A stretch of 62,808 nt of DNA, filler included. It is 9 parts of 9 records of this genome, joined end to end, with 100 filler letters (N's around TTAATTAATTAA, not from the genome) between each part and the next. Parts side by side here need not be neighbours in the genome. Positions count along the whole stretch, not along the records: positions 1 to 14,113 come from SRR7504441_2134; positions 14,214 to 27,850 come from SRR7504441_2138; 7 more parts are not named here. One strand, given 5' to 3'. The stretch's first letter is position 1, and each line of letters opens with the position of its first letter. Positions 12,561 through 22,164 of this stretch are shown here, piece after piece. Both the position numbers and the translations under genes were made by a program. The notes beneath the pieces are model-generated. The model ran no database searches. It had not been told where the DNA came from and saw only the letters and a list, made by a program, of their open reading frames with translations.

Positions 12561-13052
12561 TCAGGGCGCTTCGCTCGGCCCTCCCGACTCGCTGTGCGCC
12601 ACCGGCCTCAGCTCGGGAGGCGATCCCGCGACCGCTGTCCGGAGCCAGCCGCCGGGTGTGGTGGGGTCCATCGAGCCGCCCATGGGTGAGACCGGCAGCG
12701 TGATCCTGGGCGGGGTTGGCGCCTTGTGCCCGCGCTGAAGCTGCAAAAACTCCTCGACGGCCGGGTGCCCAGCCAACGGAACCACCACCTCCCGCAGGAA
12801 GCCGGTCAGCTCGGTCTGCCGCTGGGCCACCACCTCTCGGCTGTTGCTGAACAGCCAGCGTTTGGGCGGGAACGAGCGGACCTGGGCGCCGGCCTGCTCG
12901 AGAGTCCGACGCAGCGCATCGAACTGCGAGTACCGGCGGGAGAGCTGCCAGCGCTCCTCCGGGCGGTGGGCAGCGTGCCGGGTGACGTGGACTGCGAACC
13001 AGACCACCCCGTCCCGCTCCTCCGCCTCGCCCACCTCCGCCGTATAGCTCAT
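12561..13052 (-). CDS. PX (Phox) domain protein
   Basis: WQLSRRYSQFDALRRTL...SFPPKRWLFSNSREVVAQRQTELTGFL...HPAVEEFL. Confidence 0.85.
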   Translation of the reverse strand: MSYTAEVGEAEERDGVVWFAVHVTRHAAHRPEERWQLSRRYSQFDALRRTLEQAGAQVRSFPPKRWLFSNSREVVAQRQTELTGFLREVVVPLAGHPAVEEFLQLQRGHKAPTPPRITLPVSPMGGSMDPTTPGGWLRTAVAGSPPELRPVAHSESGGPSEAP

Positions 13053-13092
13053 CTCATCCCCCACCTGCCATCGAGCTGCTGCAGGTCGCAGA

Positions 13093-14113
13093 ATGGCGGC
13101 GGCTCAGCTGACCCGATCCCGTGTGGTGTTAGGGCACCTGCGGCCGTTTGGGGCGGCGGCGACCGAGGGGATCCGGCACACCCCGCCGCCCGACCCGAGC
13201 CCAGCGGCCGAGGGCAAATTCACGCTGGGGCCGCCCCCGGACGAGGCGTACCTCTCGTACCACCTACTCGGGCAGGGCACCGTGATCGACATGGCGCACA
13301 CGGTCGTCCCCCCGAAGTACCGCGGGCAGAAGATCGCCGAGAAGCTGTGCGACGCCGCCTTCGCGCTGGCCCGTCAGCGCGGGCTCAAGGTACTGCCTTC
13401 GTGCAGTTACATCTCGTCCCGGTACGTTCCGGCACGCCTTCCGGAGCTGGCCGGGTCTGTTCTCTGCTGGAGGGACGCCGGGACCCCCGGGCTGGAGATC
13501 AGCATCAGCCGTGCCGGAGTGGCCACCTGCCTGCTCGCCGACCCCCGCCGGCGCAACCCGATCACTCGGCCGGTCCTGGCCCGGCTGTTGGAGTTCCTCA
13601 AAGAGTGCGGGAAAGACCCGGAAGTGTTCCGTTTCAACGGGGCCGGGCTGTGCGACGCCCGGGTGAAGGTGGTGGTGATTGAGAGCACCGGGCCGGTGTG
13701 GTGCACCGGACATGATTTCAAGGATTTCGCCGAGCGCGAGAGGTCAGAGCAGAAGCAAGTTCTCGATCTCTGCACTGCGGTTAACCTCGAGCTCGCCCGA
13801 GTGCCGCAGCTCACTGTGGCGGCGGTGGCGGGGCGCTGCCTGGCCGGTGCCCGGGCGCTCGGCCGGCTCTGACCCCGGGGGCAGGGGGGATGCAGCTGGC
13901 TAGTTCGTGTGACTTGCTACTCGCCCACAAATCATTCGCGAGCTTCTGCCTACCAGGCGCCCGGGATAAGGGCTTCTGCCACACCCCCGCGGTGAGCGTG
14001 GCCGGCCGGGTGCATCCGCGCAAGGCGTTCGAGCTTGCTGTCCTTTCTGAAGAGATTGATTCAGCTGAAGCTGAGAAGATGGGATTAGTGAATAGAGTAA
14101 TTGATGGTGAGAG
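13093..14113 (+). CDS. Fusion: NATD1/Acetyltransf_CG-type GNAT + ECHDC3-like enoyl-CoA hydratase (3'-truncated at gap)
   Basis: IDMAHTVVPPKYRGQKIAEKL...LKVLPSCSY (GNAT) is in the same ORF as RRNPI...GPVWCTGHDFKDF; after a 38-nt intron GGMQLASSCDL...FCHTP...GLVNRV (crotonase). Confidence 0.85.
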
Positions 14114-14213
14114 NNNNNNNNNNNNNNNNNNNNNNNNNNNNNNNNNNNNNNNNNNNNTTAATTAATTAANNNNNNNNNNNNNNNNNNNNNNNNNNNNNNN
14201 NNNNNNNNNNNNN
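14114..14213. other. Artificial contig-joining spacer (N44-TTAATTAATTAA-N44)
   Basis: Identical spacer recurs eight times; the core has stops in all six frames. Confidence 0.98.
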
Positions 14214-14721
14214 AGCCACTTGAATCACACCCACGTTTTCACCGGCCCTGAGCATGCAGTTGCAGCTCTGACACTCTGTCCTCGCTCTATCTAGAAAAGC
14301 ATAGACGCAACCCCACTTTTGAGCTTGGCGGCAAAGCGCGCTCGGATCGACCATGGCTGGCTCCGTTCCAGCGTCGGTGATGTTGGTACCCCCTCTGTTC
14401 CTGGCAGTCTTCGGCTAGTCCTCGGCACCGGCATGGAGTCTGAGCGCGTCAGCGCGAGAGCGGGCCCAGGCCTGATCACCCTCGTGGCGCTGATGGGGCC
14501 TGACCGGTAGCTGCGATAATTGAATTTATTATCCCGCCCATGCATTCTACAACAATTACCACGCAATTACATGCATGCAATTTGTATGCAAAGCCGGCTC
14601 GATTGCATACTCAAGTGCTCATCTCCATCATCTCCATCATCAGTGCACTAATAAGTAGCACAAGAATGAATTATAAACAGCAGCCGCAGCTCGGTTGCCC
14701 ATGTGTCCAGCTCGACTGCCA

Positions 14722-15243
14722 CTAGCCCTCGGACACGTTGTACCTAATGAATAGATTCTCCGGGTGCGTCATCGCCTTGAACTCCAGGTTGTTCCCGGAC
14801 GGATCTTTGAAGAACATGGTCCACTGCTCGCCCGGCATCCCCTCGAACCGGAGCGTCGGCTTGATAATGAACTCCACCCCCGCCGCCTCCAGCCGGCCGG
14901 CGAGCGCATCGAATTGCGGCTTGGTGAGCGCCAGCCCAAAGTGCGGCACGGGCACCTCGTCCCCGTCGACCGGATTGACGTAATCGATCGCCCGGTACTG
15001 GTCGCCCACCCAGTGGCAGACGATCTGGTGCCCGTGGAGCGAAAACTGCCACCGCCGCACTCAGCCAGGCATTGCACAGGCAGGGCGCACGTCGACCCAG
15101 GCCTGGGAGCTCCGGCCTTGCTGGCAGCCGAGCAGGTCTCCGTAGAACTCGCGGGCCTTTGCCAGGTCGTGCACAGGGAAGGCCAGGTGGAACGGTGACC
15201 CTGGCGCCGGCATTGCCTCGAGCACCGCGGAGTCGGCCGACAT
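14722..15243 (-). CDS. Glyoxalase/bleomycin-resistance/dioxygenase (VOC) family protein
   Basis: [24 protein letters not shown]...[14 protein letters not shown]...VPHFGL...[18 protein letters not shown]; one 45-nt GT-AG intron. Confidence 0.9.
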
Positions 15244-15362
15244 GACGGACCGCCGGTGTTGGATTTATTTCGGAGAGTTGAGAGGAGTTACCGAGCCCAT
15301 AGTGAAGGTTAATATTATATTTATAATAATGATGAGCTTCCCGCCGCGTTGTTGCGCTCCGA

Positions 15363-17552
15363 ATGGCCGTGCTGGGAGCGGCGCTCCTGCTGGCGAGCGC
15401 GGCGCTCGGCTGCGTGCACGACCCGTCGGCCCCCAAGTTCCGGCTGACCGCCCCGCACCGCCCGCCCGGTCGACTCTCTCCGGCCCAGGCCGGCTTCCTG
15501 AGAGTGCCTTCGAACGACTCTGCTCGCGCCTCGCTACAGGTGCTTACCGCCAAGCCACACGTGGCCGGCACATCCGGCGACCTCGAGATGGCCCGGTACG
15601 TCCAGCGGCGGTTCGAGGCGGCCGGGATCCCGTCGGTCGAGATGGACACCCAGAAGGTTCTGCTCTCCTATCCGGTCAGCAGGTCCTTAGAGCTGGTGGG
15701 CCCCGATGGGGCTGTGATTGCTGCCGCACCCCTGGCCGAGGCCATCCTGCCGTCCGACCCCACCAGCGACACCTGGTGGCGCAACCACACGTTTAACGGC
15801 TATTCGCCTTCCGGCAGTGCCGCCGCCCCGGTGATCTATGCCAACTTCGGATTGCCAGACGACTTCGCCGCGCTGGCGGCGGCCGGTGTTTCAGTCAAGG
15901 GGGCGGTGGTGCTGATGCGGTACGGCAAGTGCTTCCGCGGGCTGAAGGCGATGAATGCAGAGAGTGCCGGTGCGGTGGCGGCTTTAATCTATTCGGATCC
16001 GCATGAGGACGGGTTCGCGGTCGGACCTGCGTACCCCCACGGTCCGTGGCGGCCGGAAAGTTCTGTCCAGCGGGGATCGATCCAGTTCATCTCAGTCTGC
16101 GCGGGCGACCCGGCCAGAGCTTACAGGCCGCACAACCTCACAGTAGAGCAGCTATGCGGCAAGAGTCAGAAAGAACTGATTCCCACTATCCCAGTGCTCC
16201 CGCTCTCTTGGGGGGACGCGCTGCCGTTGCTCCGCTCGCTCGGCGGCCCTGTGGCCCCGGCGCAGTTCCAGGGGGCGCTCAACCTGACCTACCGGCTCGG
16301 GCCCGGGGCTCAGGCCAGATTGTCAGTCGAGAACAGCTTTGCTGACGGGCACGTCTGGAACGTAATTGCAAAGATTCCGGGCACACTGCCTGCTGACCAG
16401 GACCAGCCGATACTGCTGGGCAACCACCGGGACGCCTGGGTGTACGGGGCGGCCGATCCGAACAGCGGGACTGCTCAGCTCATCGAAGTAGCTCGTGGGC
16501 TCGGCCTGCTGCTCAAGTCGGGCTGGCGGCCGCTGCGGTCGATCGTGCTCTGCTCGTGGAGTGGTGAGGAGTTTGGTCTGCTTGGGTCGACGGCCTGGGG
16601 TGAGGTGCATGGAGACGGCCGGGACGGCCTGTTGAACAGCTCAGGGCTGCTCGGGCGGGCAGCCGCCTACTTGAATGTAGATACTGGTGTGTCTGGTCAG
16701 ATCTTTGGCGCTTCCGGTACTGCCTCTCTCGGCGGGGCGCTCGAGCAAGCGCTGGCGATGGTGGAGGATCCAGCTCGGCCCGGGCGGAGTTTGCGGGATG
16801 GCTGGTCGCGCGAGCTATTCGCGTTGGGCTCTGGGAGCGACTACACTGTGTTCATTGATCACCTCGGAATTCCGTCGCTAGATATGCACTTTTCGCAGCC
16901 GAGTACGTACGGCGTGTACCACTCGGTGGGCAGGCCAACGGCAGATGGTTGAGCCATGGGCAGGTTTACGACTCGTTTACTTGGATGGAGACCGAAGGTG
17001 CGCAGGGAGGACTAGCGGGCGTGACCGTGTGGGCCTGCAGGCGACCCAGGGTTCCATTTCCATGTGGCGATGGCACAGTTGTGGGGGCTGATGACTATCC
17101 AGCTGGCTGAGGGCGCCCAGCTGGCCCACGACCCGCGGCTGCAGGCCGAGGCGATCCACGGCTACATCCACTCAGCCCAGCACATAGTCAACAGCTCGGA
17201 CAGCAGCAGGGTGTCATTCGAGCCCTTGGAGGCTGCAGCCAGAGCGTTTGAACGGGCTGCGGAGGTAGCGATGGCGCAGGAGAGCAGTCGTCAGCTGAAC
17301 GACCGCCTTGGGTTGCTTGAGCGGCAATTCCTGACGAGCGATGGGCTGCCTGGGCGCAAGTGGTTCCGTCATGTGCTGCAGGCGCCTGGGCTTTACACCG
17401 GGTATGCTCCCAAAACGTTGCCCGGAGTAGAGCAAGCGCTCACCGATAAGGCCTGGGACGAGGCGCAAGCACAGATCCAGGTGGCAGCTGAGCGAATCGC
17501 AGCCGCGGCAAGATTTCTGCTCCAAGAAGAGCACTATAGCATGGACTTATAA
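15363..17552 (+). CDS. Glutamate carboxypeptidase II-like M28B peptidase (PA + M28 + TfR dimerisation domains)
   Basis: Signal peptide; PHVAGT, YANFG, GNHRDAWVYGAADPNSGTA, WSGEEFGLLGST, GSGSDY, YHS|VYDSF, WFRHVLQAPG; two short introns near 16927-17041. Confidence 0.95.
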
Positions 17553-17784
17553 TTAACTGTACCAATTACGGCGATCAACCGCCGCACCAGCCTACGATCA
17601 TGTAGAGAAGAGCTGGGTACTCGTAGGGTACTAATTAGAAGCAATTAAACTCAGTCACAGTTTACACCGGCTGCCAGTATACGCTCGCGCCGGATTTGCA
17701 ACTGTACAGTTCTTGAGTTGTACGAGTGGTAAAAAGGTTGTGTATATGACAATCATAAATATAAATGACATCAGTGCACGACAC

Positions 17785-19428
17785 TTACTTCATTGATTGC
17801 ACGTGCAGCGCACGCTGAATCGAGCTGAAAGTGAGACGCAGCGCCCACACGGCGTGCGACGCCACCGGCGATGAGATCCACCCAACGTGCTCACCCAGAT
17901 CCTTGTGAAGCCACAAATCGCGCACATGCGCTCGTTGGGCCTCAGTCAGCCCGAGCATAGCCCAAGTCACATTGGCCTCGATTGATGTATTGCCTCGATT
18001 GAATGCAACCACCCCCATGTCGCCGCTGGCCAGCCGCTTGGCCCAAATTTGGAGCACAAAGCCCGGACTGTTGCCTGCTGGTTGATTGCACCCGTCCGGC
18101 TGCCTCAGTGGATCGTCGCTGTGTGTTCTAGTCTTGTTCCAGCACAGGCTCTCCGGCGGGTCACCACATCCAATGCAGTCTGTGGTCTCATAACTAGTCG
18201 GTCGTCTGGCCGATTGTGACGGAGTGCCTGCCCCGATTGCGGGCGTGGCAGGCACCCACGAAGCATTTGGCCACCAGAGAAGCCCTCCGCCCATGGCAAC
18301 CGGTGTGGCCGTTGGCCGTCCAGGCGTCCCTTGGTAGACAAGCCTGCCACGGGCCACATTGGCGTCTTGATTCAGGCTCAAAATCTCGGTATTAGTCAGG
18401 ATCTCAATGCACTCCTCGGTGAGATTCCGAGGGTCGTTCCCCATGATCAATGGCGATGCCAGGATACTCCATATCGACAGCTGGGCGCGGTACTCGTCGT
18501 AGCTCATTGGGTAGCGTCCATGCCCACTTTCGTCATTGCATATCTCCAGCATATCAATATCTGAGAAGCTCCCTGGGCCTGTCATATTGTCGTAAGTTAG
18601 AAGCTGCGCAGCGTCCACCATCGGTAGCATCCCGACATTATTAGGGCGAAAACTCCGAGGCGCTCTCCCCTTGGCAGGCAGCCCTGCGTCAGTCTCGCCA
18701 AATGAAGGCACGTTGTTGACGTACTCGATGAAGAGTCCATTCGCGAGTTGCCGCGGATCTCTGCCCTGCGCACACCAGGGCCGGATGGTGGCTGCGAAGC
18801 CTCCGGGGTGCAACTCTGGGAACGGGTCGTCGTAGTGGAGCGTATTACACAGTTGAAGGTACACTTGCCTGCCTGTGGAGTTGAGCGCATCCCTGTATCG
18901 CGCGTACTGCTCCCATACGCCATCATGGGACATTGCAGGATCTCCACCACAGCTGTCTACCTTGACATAGTCGATGCCCCAGGAGGCATACTGCCGCATG
19001 TCGAGTGCTTCATAGTCCTGGCTACCCACCCTCCGCAGGCAGGTGGTCTGGCCTCGGCTGGTATACAGCCCCATCTTCATCCCCAGGCTGTGGATGTAAT
19101 CAGCTGTGGCCTTAATCCCCTCAGGGAACAGCCCGGGGTCCGGAATCACTGTGCCGTTCGGGTGCCGGCCCACCGCCCACCCGTCGTCCAGATTCACATA
19201 CTCATACCCGGCCTGCTTGAGCCCCGTGGCCACCATCGCATCCGCAATCTGCCGCAGCGCAGCGTCCCCCAGCTTGCCGCACCGGTTCCGGGTGCAGTTG
19301 GCTTCGCCAAAGTGGTTCCAGCTGCTCCAGCCCAGCGCAGGCAGCACGATCCCGTTGTTCAGCCCACCCGCCCAGTGCAGCTGAACCAGCAAGAGCACAG
19401 CTGCAGCACACGTCTGCAGCTGAGGCAT
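17785..19428 (-). CDS. Secreted GH27 alpha-galactosidase-like glycoside hydrolase (no frame-breaking introns)
   Basis: LNNG..LPALGWSSWN, YVNLDDGW, WGIDYVKVDSC, DMLEI, SPLIMGND, C-terminal beta-sandwich VRDLW. Confidence 0.9.
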   Translation of the reverse strand: MPQLQTCAAAVLLLVQLHWAGGLNNGIVLPALGWSSWNHFGEANCTRNRCGKLGDAALRQIADAMVATGLKQAGYEYVNLDDGWAVGRHPNGTVIPDPGLFPEGIKATADYIHSLGMKMGLYTSRGQTTCLRRVGSQDYEALDMRQYASWGIDYVKVDSCGGDPAMSHDGVWEQYARYRDALNSTGRQVYLQLCNTLHYDDPFPELHPGGFAATIRPWCAQGRDPRQLANGLFIEYVNNVPSFGETDAGLPAKGRAPRSFRPNNVGMLPMVDAAQLLTYDNMTGPGSFSDIDMLEICNDESGHGRYPMSYDEYRAQLSIWSILASPLIMGNDPRNLTEECIEILTNTEILSLNQDANVARGRLVYQGTPGRPTATPVAMGGGLLWWPNASWVPATPAIGAGTPSQSARRPTSYETTDCIGCGDPPESLCWNKTRTHSDDPLRQPDGCNQPAGNSPGFVLQIWAKRLASGDMGVVAFNRGNTSIEANVTWAMLGLTEAQRAHVRDLWLHKDLGEHVGWISSPVASHAVWALRLTFSSIQRALHVQSMK

Positions 19429-19497
19429 AGGGTGCACCCGATCTGCTGCCGTTGCCGTTATTTGTCTCACGTGCGGTGAGGGACTGCGTTGAGAGCT

Positions 19498-20022
19498 ATG
19501 AGAATGCCTGCAAGGCAGGCCGTGGCCGCCGTGCTGCTGGCGATGGCGGTTGCAGTGTTGGCGTCGGAGTGCCTGCGGCGGGCACCCCAAGATCCGGAGG
19601 CACGTGTAGCGCGTGCATGCCGTGGCTTGCCAAGCGAGCGAGCGGCGGTGCTGCTGGCGAGAAAGCGCTACTTGGAGCACGCGCAGAGGGACAAGCAAGA
19701 CGCGTGTTCCCCGGCTGGTGAGGAGAGGGGCGAGGCGGCGGAGGGGGCGTACGACCAGCCGGACGATCGGGAGGCAGAGTCGGAGGAGCTGGATGAGGAC
19801 GCCGAAGGGAGCGAAGCGGCGAGACATAACAGGTGGACCCGAATCATGACGGCGGTGGCCCACCTCGTGCGGGCGGATCACCCCGAAGTTAGCACCAAGG
19901 AGGAGTTTAGGCTACTGCCGTGTATTGAGCAGGCCCTAATCATCAGATCTATTGATAGTGAGGTGGCGACGATGGAGAAGCATCCACCCCCAACGCGATG
20001 CATACCTAAGCTTAAGCGGTGA
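19498..20022 (+). CDS. Hypothetical protein with N-terminal hydrophobic helix and acidic tract
   Basis: Divergent partner of the GH27 gene; AVAAVLLAMAVAVLA signal/TM segment; no recognisable domain. Confidence 0.4.
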   Translation: MRMPARQAVAAVLLAMAVAVLASECLRRAPQDPEARVARACRGLPSERAAVLLARKRYLEHAQRDKQDACSPAGEERGEAAEGAYDQPDDREAESEELDEDAEGSEAARHNRWTRIMTAVAHLVRADHPEVSTKEEFRLLPCIEQALIIRSIDSEVATMEKHPPPTRCIPKLKR

Positions 20023-20391
20023 CCGTAGAGCGGACAGCGAGTATACTAGACGGTGCTTGACCGAAGACCCCGAGGCGGACGGTGCCATACAGTACGACGG
20101 CCATGTAGCTGACGGCCAATACAGCACAACATCGAACCTGTGGCCGACCTGCTGGAATGAATAAATGATGTAAAACCTAGTAAAACGCTACTCTTAAAGC
20201 ACTTAAAGTCCTCAAAGGATGGGATCAGGACACTTGATTAATTGATGGCGTGCAAATAAGCCTGCTATAGCCAAGCCTTGTTTGTATATTGTTTGTATTG
20301 CATTGAGTACTCGCAAGCATTCAATTACTGTACAGTACAATCAAGTAGTCTGAAGGAATCTCTGTGTGTGGTGACCGAACCACCCGCATGA

Positions 20392-21153
20392 TCACATCGC
20401 TGCCAGCGCGGCAGACAGGTCCCCACTCACGCAGCCGTCGGCGATCTTGGTGTACATTTCGAGCATCCCCTCAAACTCCTCGTGCGAGCTGTTATCCGCC
20501 ACCGCAATCACCTCGCTCGGCACCATCGCTAACGCTTCCTCAAACGTGAGCTTCCCGTCCATATCCGCATCCAGCGGCCCGAACACCTTATCGATCTCGC
20601 TGTCGATCTCGCTTTGCTCCATCGGGATTTGGTCAGCCGACCCGAGCACCTCGGCCATCTTCTTCATAAATTCAAACACCTCGTTCCGGCAGAGACTCTC
20701 GTTCCGATCGGCGTCAATCGAGTCGAATATCCGGCGGAGCTGGCACAGGATCGCCTCCTGCCGCTCGCTGATGGTCCGCTCCATGTGCAATTCGGCCGGC
20801 TCCTCGCCATCGCGCTGCACCGAGCCGTCCAGGCAGTCCATGCAGTCGTTGTGAACTAGGCCGAACCGCCAGGTGCCGGCAGCCGACTCGACCGTGAACT
20901 CAAAGCTGCCGCCGTTGCCGGTCAGCTTGAACTCGGTCAGTTGCCAGGCGGCCGGGTCGCTCAGGTCGTTCAGCATGGTAACTGACACTTCTACCTCCCC
21001 GTCGGACGCTCCGCCCTGCGAGAGCCGCAGCTCGGCAGAGGACCGGCCGCTGCTGTTGACCAAGCAGAAGCCGATCGAGTGCGCCGGGCTGTGCCACGCC
21101 CCGAGCACGCAGCACATTCCTGAGGTTCTGCACACGTCTTCGCACTCCGCCAT
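20392..21153 (-). CDS. EF-hand pair protein
   Basis: FDSIDADRNESLCRNEV and FGPLDADMDGKLTFEEA loops. Confidence 0.75.
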   Translation of the reverse strand: MAECEDVCRTSGMCCVLGAWHSPAHSIGFCLVNSSGRSSAELRLSQGGASDGEVEVSVTMLNDLSDPAAWQLTEFKLTGNGGSFEFTVESAAGTWRFGLVHNDCMDCLDGSVQRDGEEPAELHMERTISERQEAILCQLRRIFDSIDADRNESLCRNEVFEFMKKMAEVLGSADQIPMEQSEIDSEIDKVFGPLDADMDGKLTFEEALAMVPSEVIAVADNSSHEEFEGMLEMYTKIADGCVSGDLSAALAAM

Positions 21154-21199
21154 GGCACCGGCGAAGTTCGCCCAACGGCAAGGCGCAATTTGGTGGCGA

Positions 21200-21721
21200 A
21201 TGAGCACCGGCCAGCAGCCTCTGGCGGGCGAGGGGCAGATGCCGGAGGCCGCGGCCGCGCTCATCCACGAGCTCCACCCGCCGGCGTTCGCCCGGCTCCA
21301 AAGCACTTTCAGCCCCCCGCGGGCAGGCAGCAAGCACGACAGCCCCCCGCGGCGTACGGCGCGTGTGCCGGCGGCCGGGCTAGACTATGGTATGCGGACC
21401 TATGGACGGAAGCTGCAGCCGGCGCTGCCCCCGTGGTCGGAGCAGCTGCAGCAGTGCCCCGCTGGTAGGCCGACCAGGCAGCAAAACCCGATCGGACACC
21501 CAATGGGGTCAGGCTGCCTCATCCCGGAGCAGCAAATTGAACAGAGCGCCAAGCCTGCGGCCGGGGCGCGCCGAGCGCCGGACCCGTACTTCATACGGGA
21601 GCAACCGCAGCCGGAGCCTCCGACCAACGGGCTTAACGCGCTCGGGCTGGCGCAGCCGACGGGGACGGACAATCAGCCGAGGAGGCGGGCGCAGAGGGGG
21701 ATTAAGTATTGGATATGCTGA
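21200..21721 (+). CDS. Hypothetical Pro/Gln-rich protein
   Basis: ATG-initiated ORF divergent from the EF-hand gene; no domain recognised. Confidence 0.35.
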   Translation: MSTGQQPLAGEGQMPEAAAALIHELHPPAFARLQSTFSPPRAGSKHDSPPRRTARVPAAGLDYGMRTYGRKLQPALPPWSEQLQQCPAGRPTRQQNPIGHPMGSGCLIPEQQIEQSAKPAAGARRAPDPYFIREQPQPEPPTNGLNALGLAQPTGTDNQPRRRAQRGIKYWIC

Positions 21722-22164
21722 CTGGCCGTCCGGTCGGCATGGCTCGCAGAGAGCCGACACTCCTGACATGCAGCTGTCTTGTGTAGATTACCCGCAATGC
21801 TTGGTGCAATGAACTTGGCTGTACGAGTCGTTATAATAAACATCGCGACTCACAATACGGCGATTGATTCGGTCGACGTTGACGGGATTAGACGGGATTA
21901 ATCACGGTTAAATCGCGGTGCCTGCTTTGAGAGCGCCGTGTTTTTTCCTCATGATTCCGGAGATAATATGTATACACTCTTTAAGTTAGAAATCCCTCCG
22001 AAATACTGGAGCCTTATTACACAATCATGACTAATTATTCGTACCGTACAATCATGATTGTCCACAGTGAACGTCTCTTTAGGTACAGATGTGTAGCCGT
22101 GAGACTTCTTACAGGTAAATATTGCGATTCTGGAGCCATTTTTGATTTCGATGATACCACGGCC

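Noticed and set aside
14214-14566. Short ORFs at contig start
   Set aside because: No recognisable motif or consistent splice model; not called.
21881-21900. Short tandem duplications in spacers (GACGGGATTA x2; also 1..20, 6981..7000, about 44705..44728)
   Set aside because: Two-copy 10-12-mers consistent with replication slippage; no array structure.
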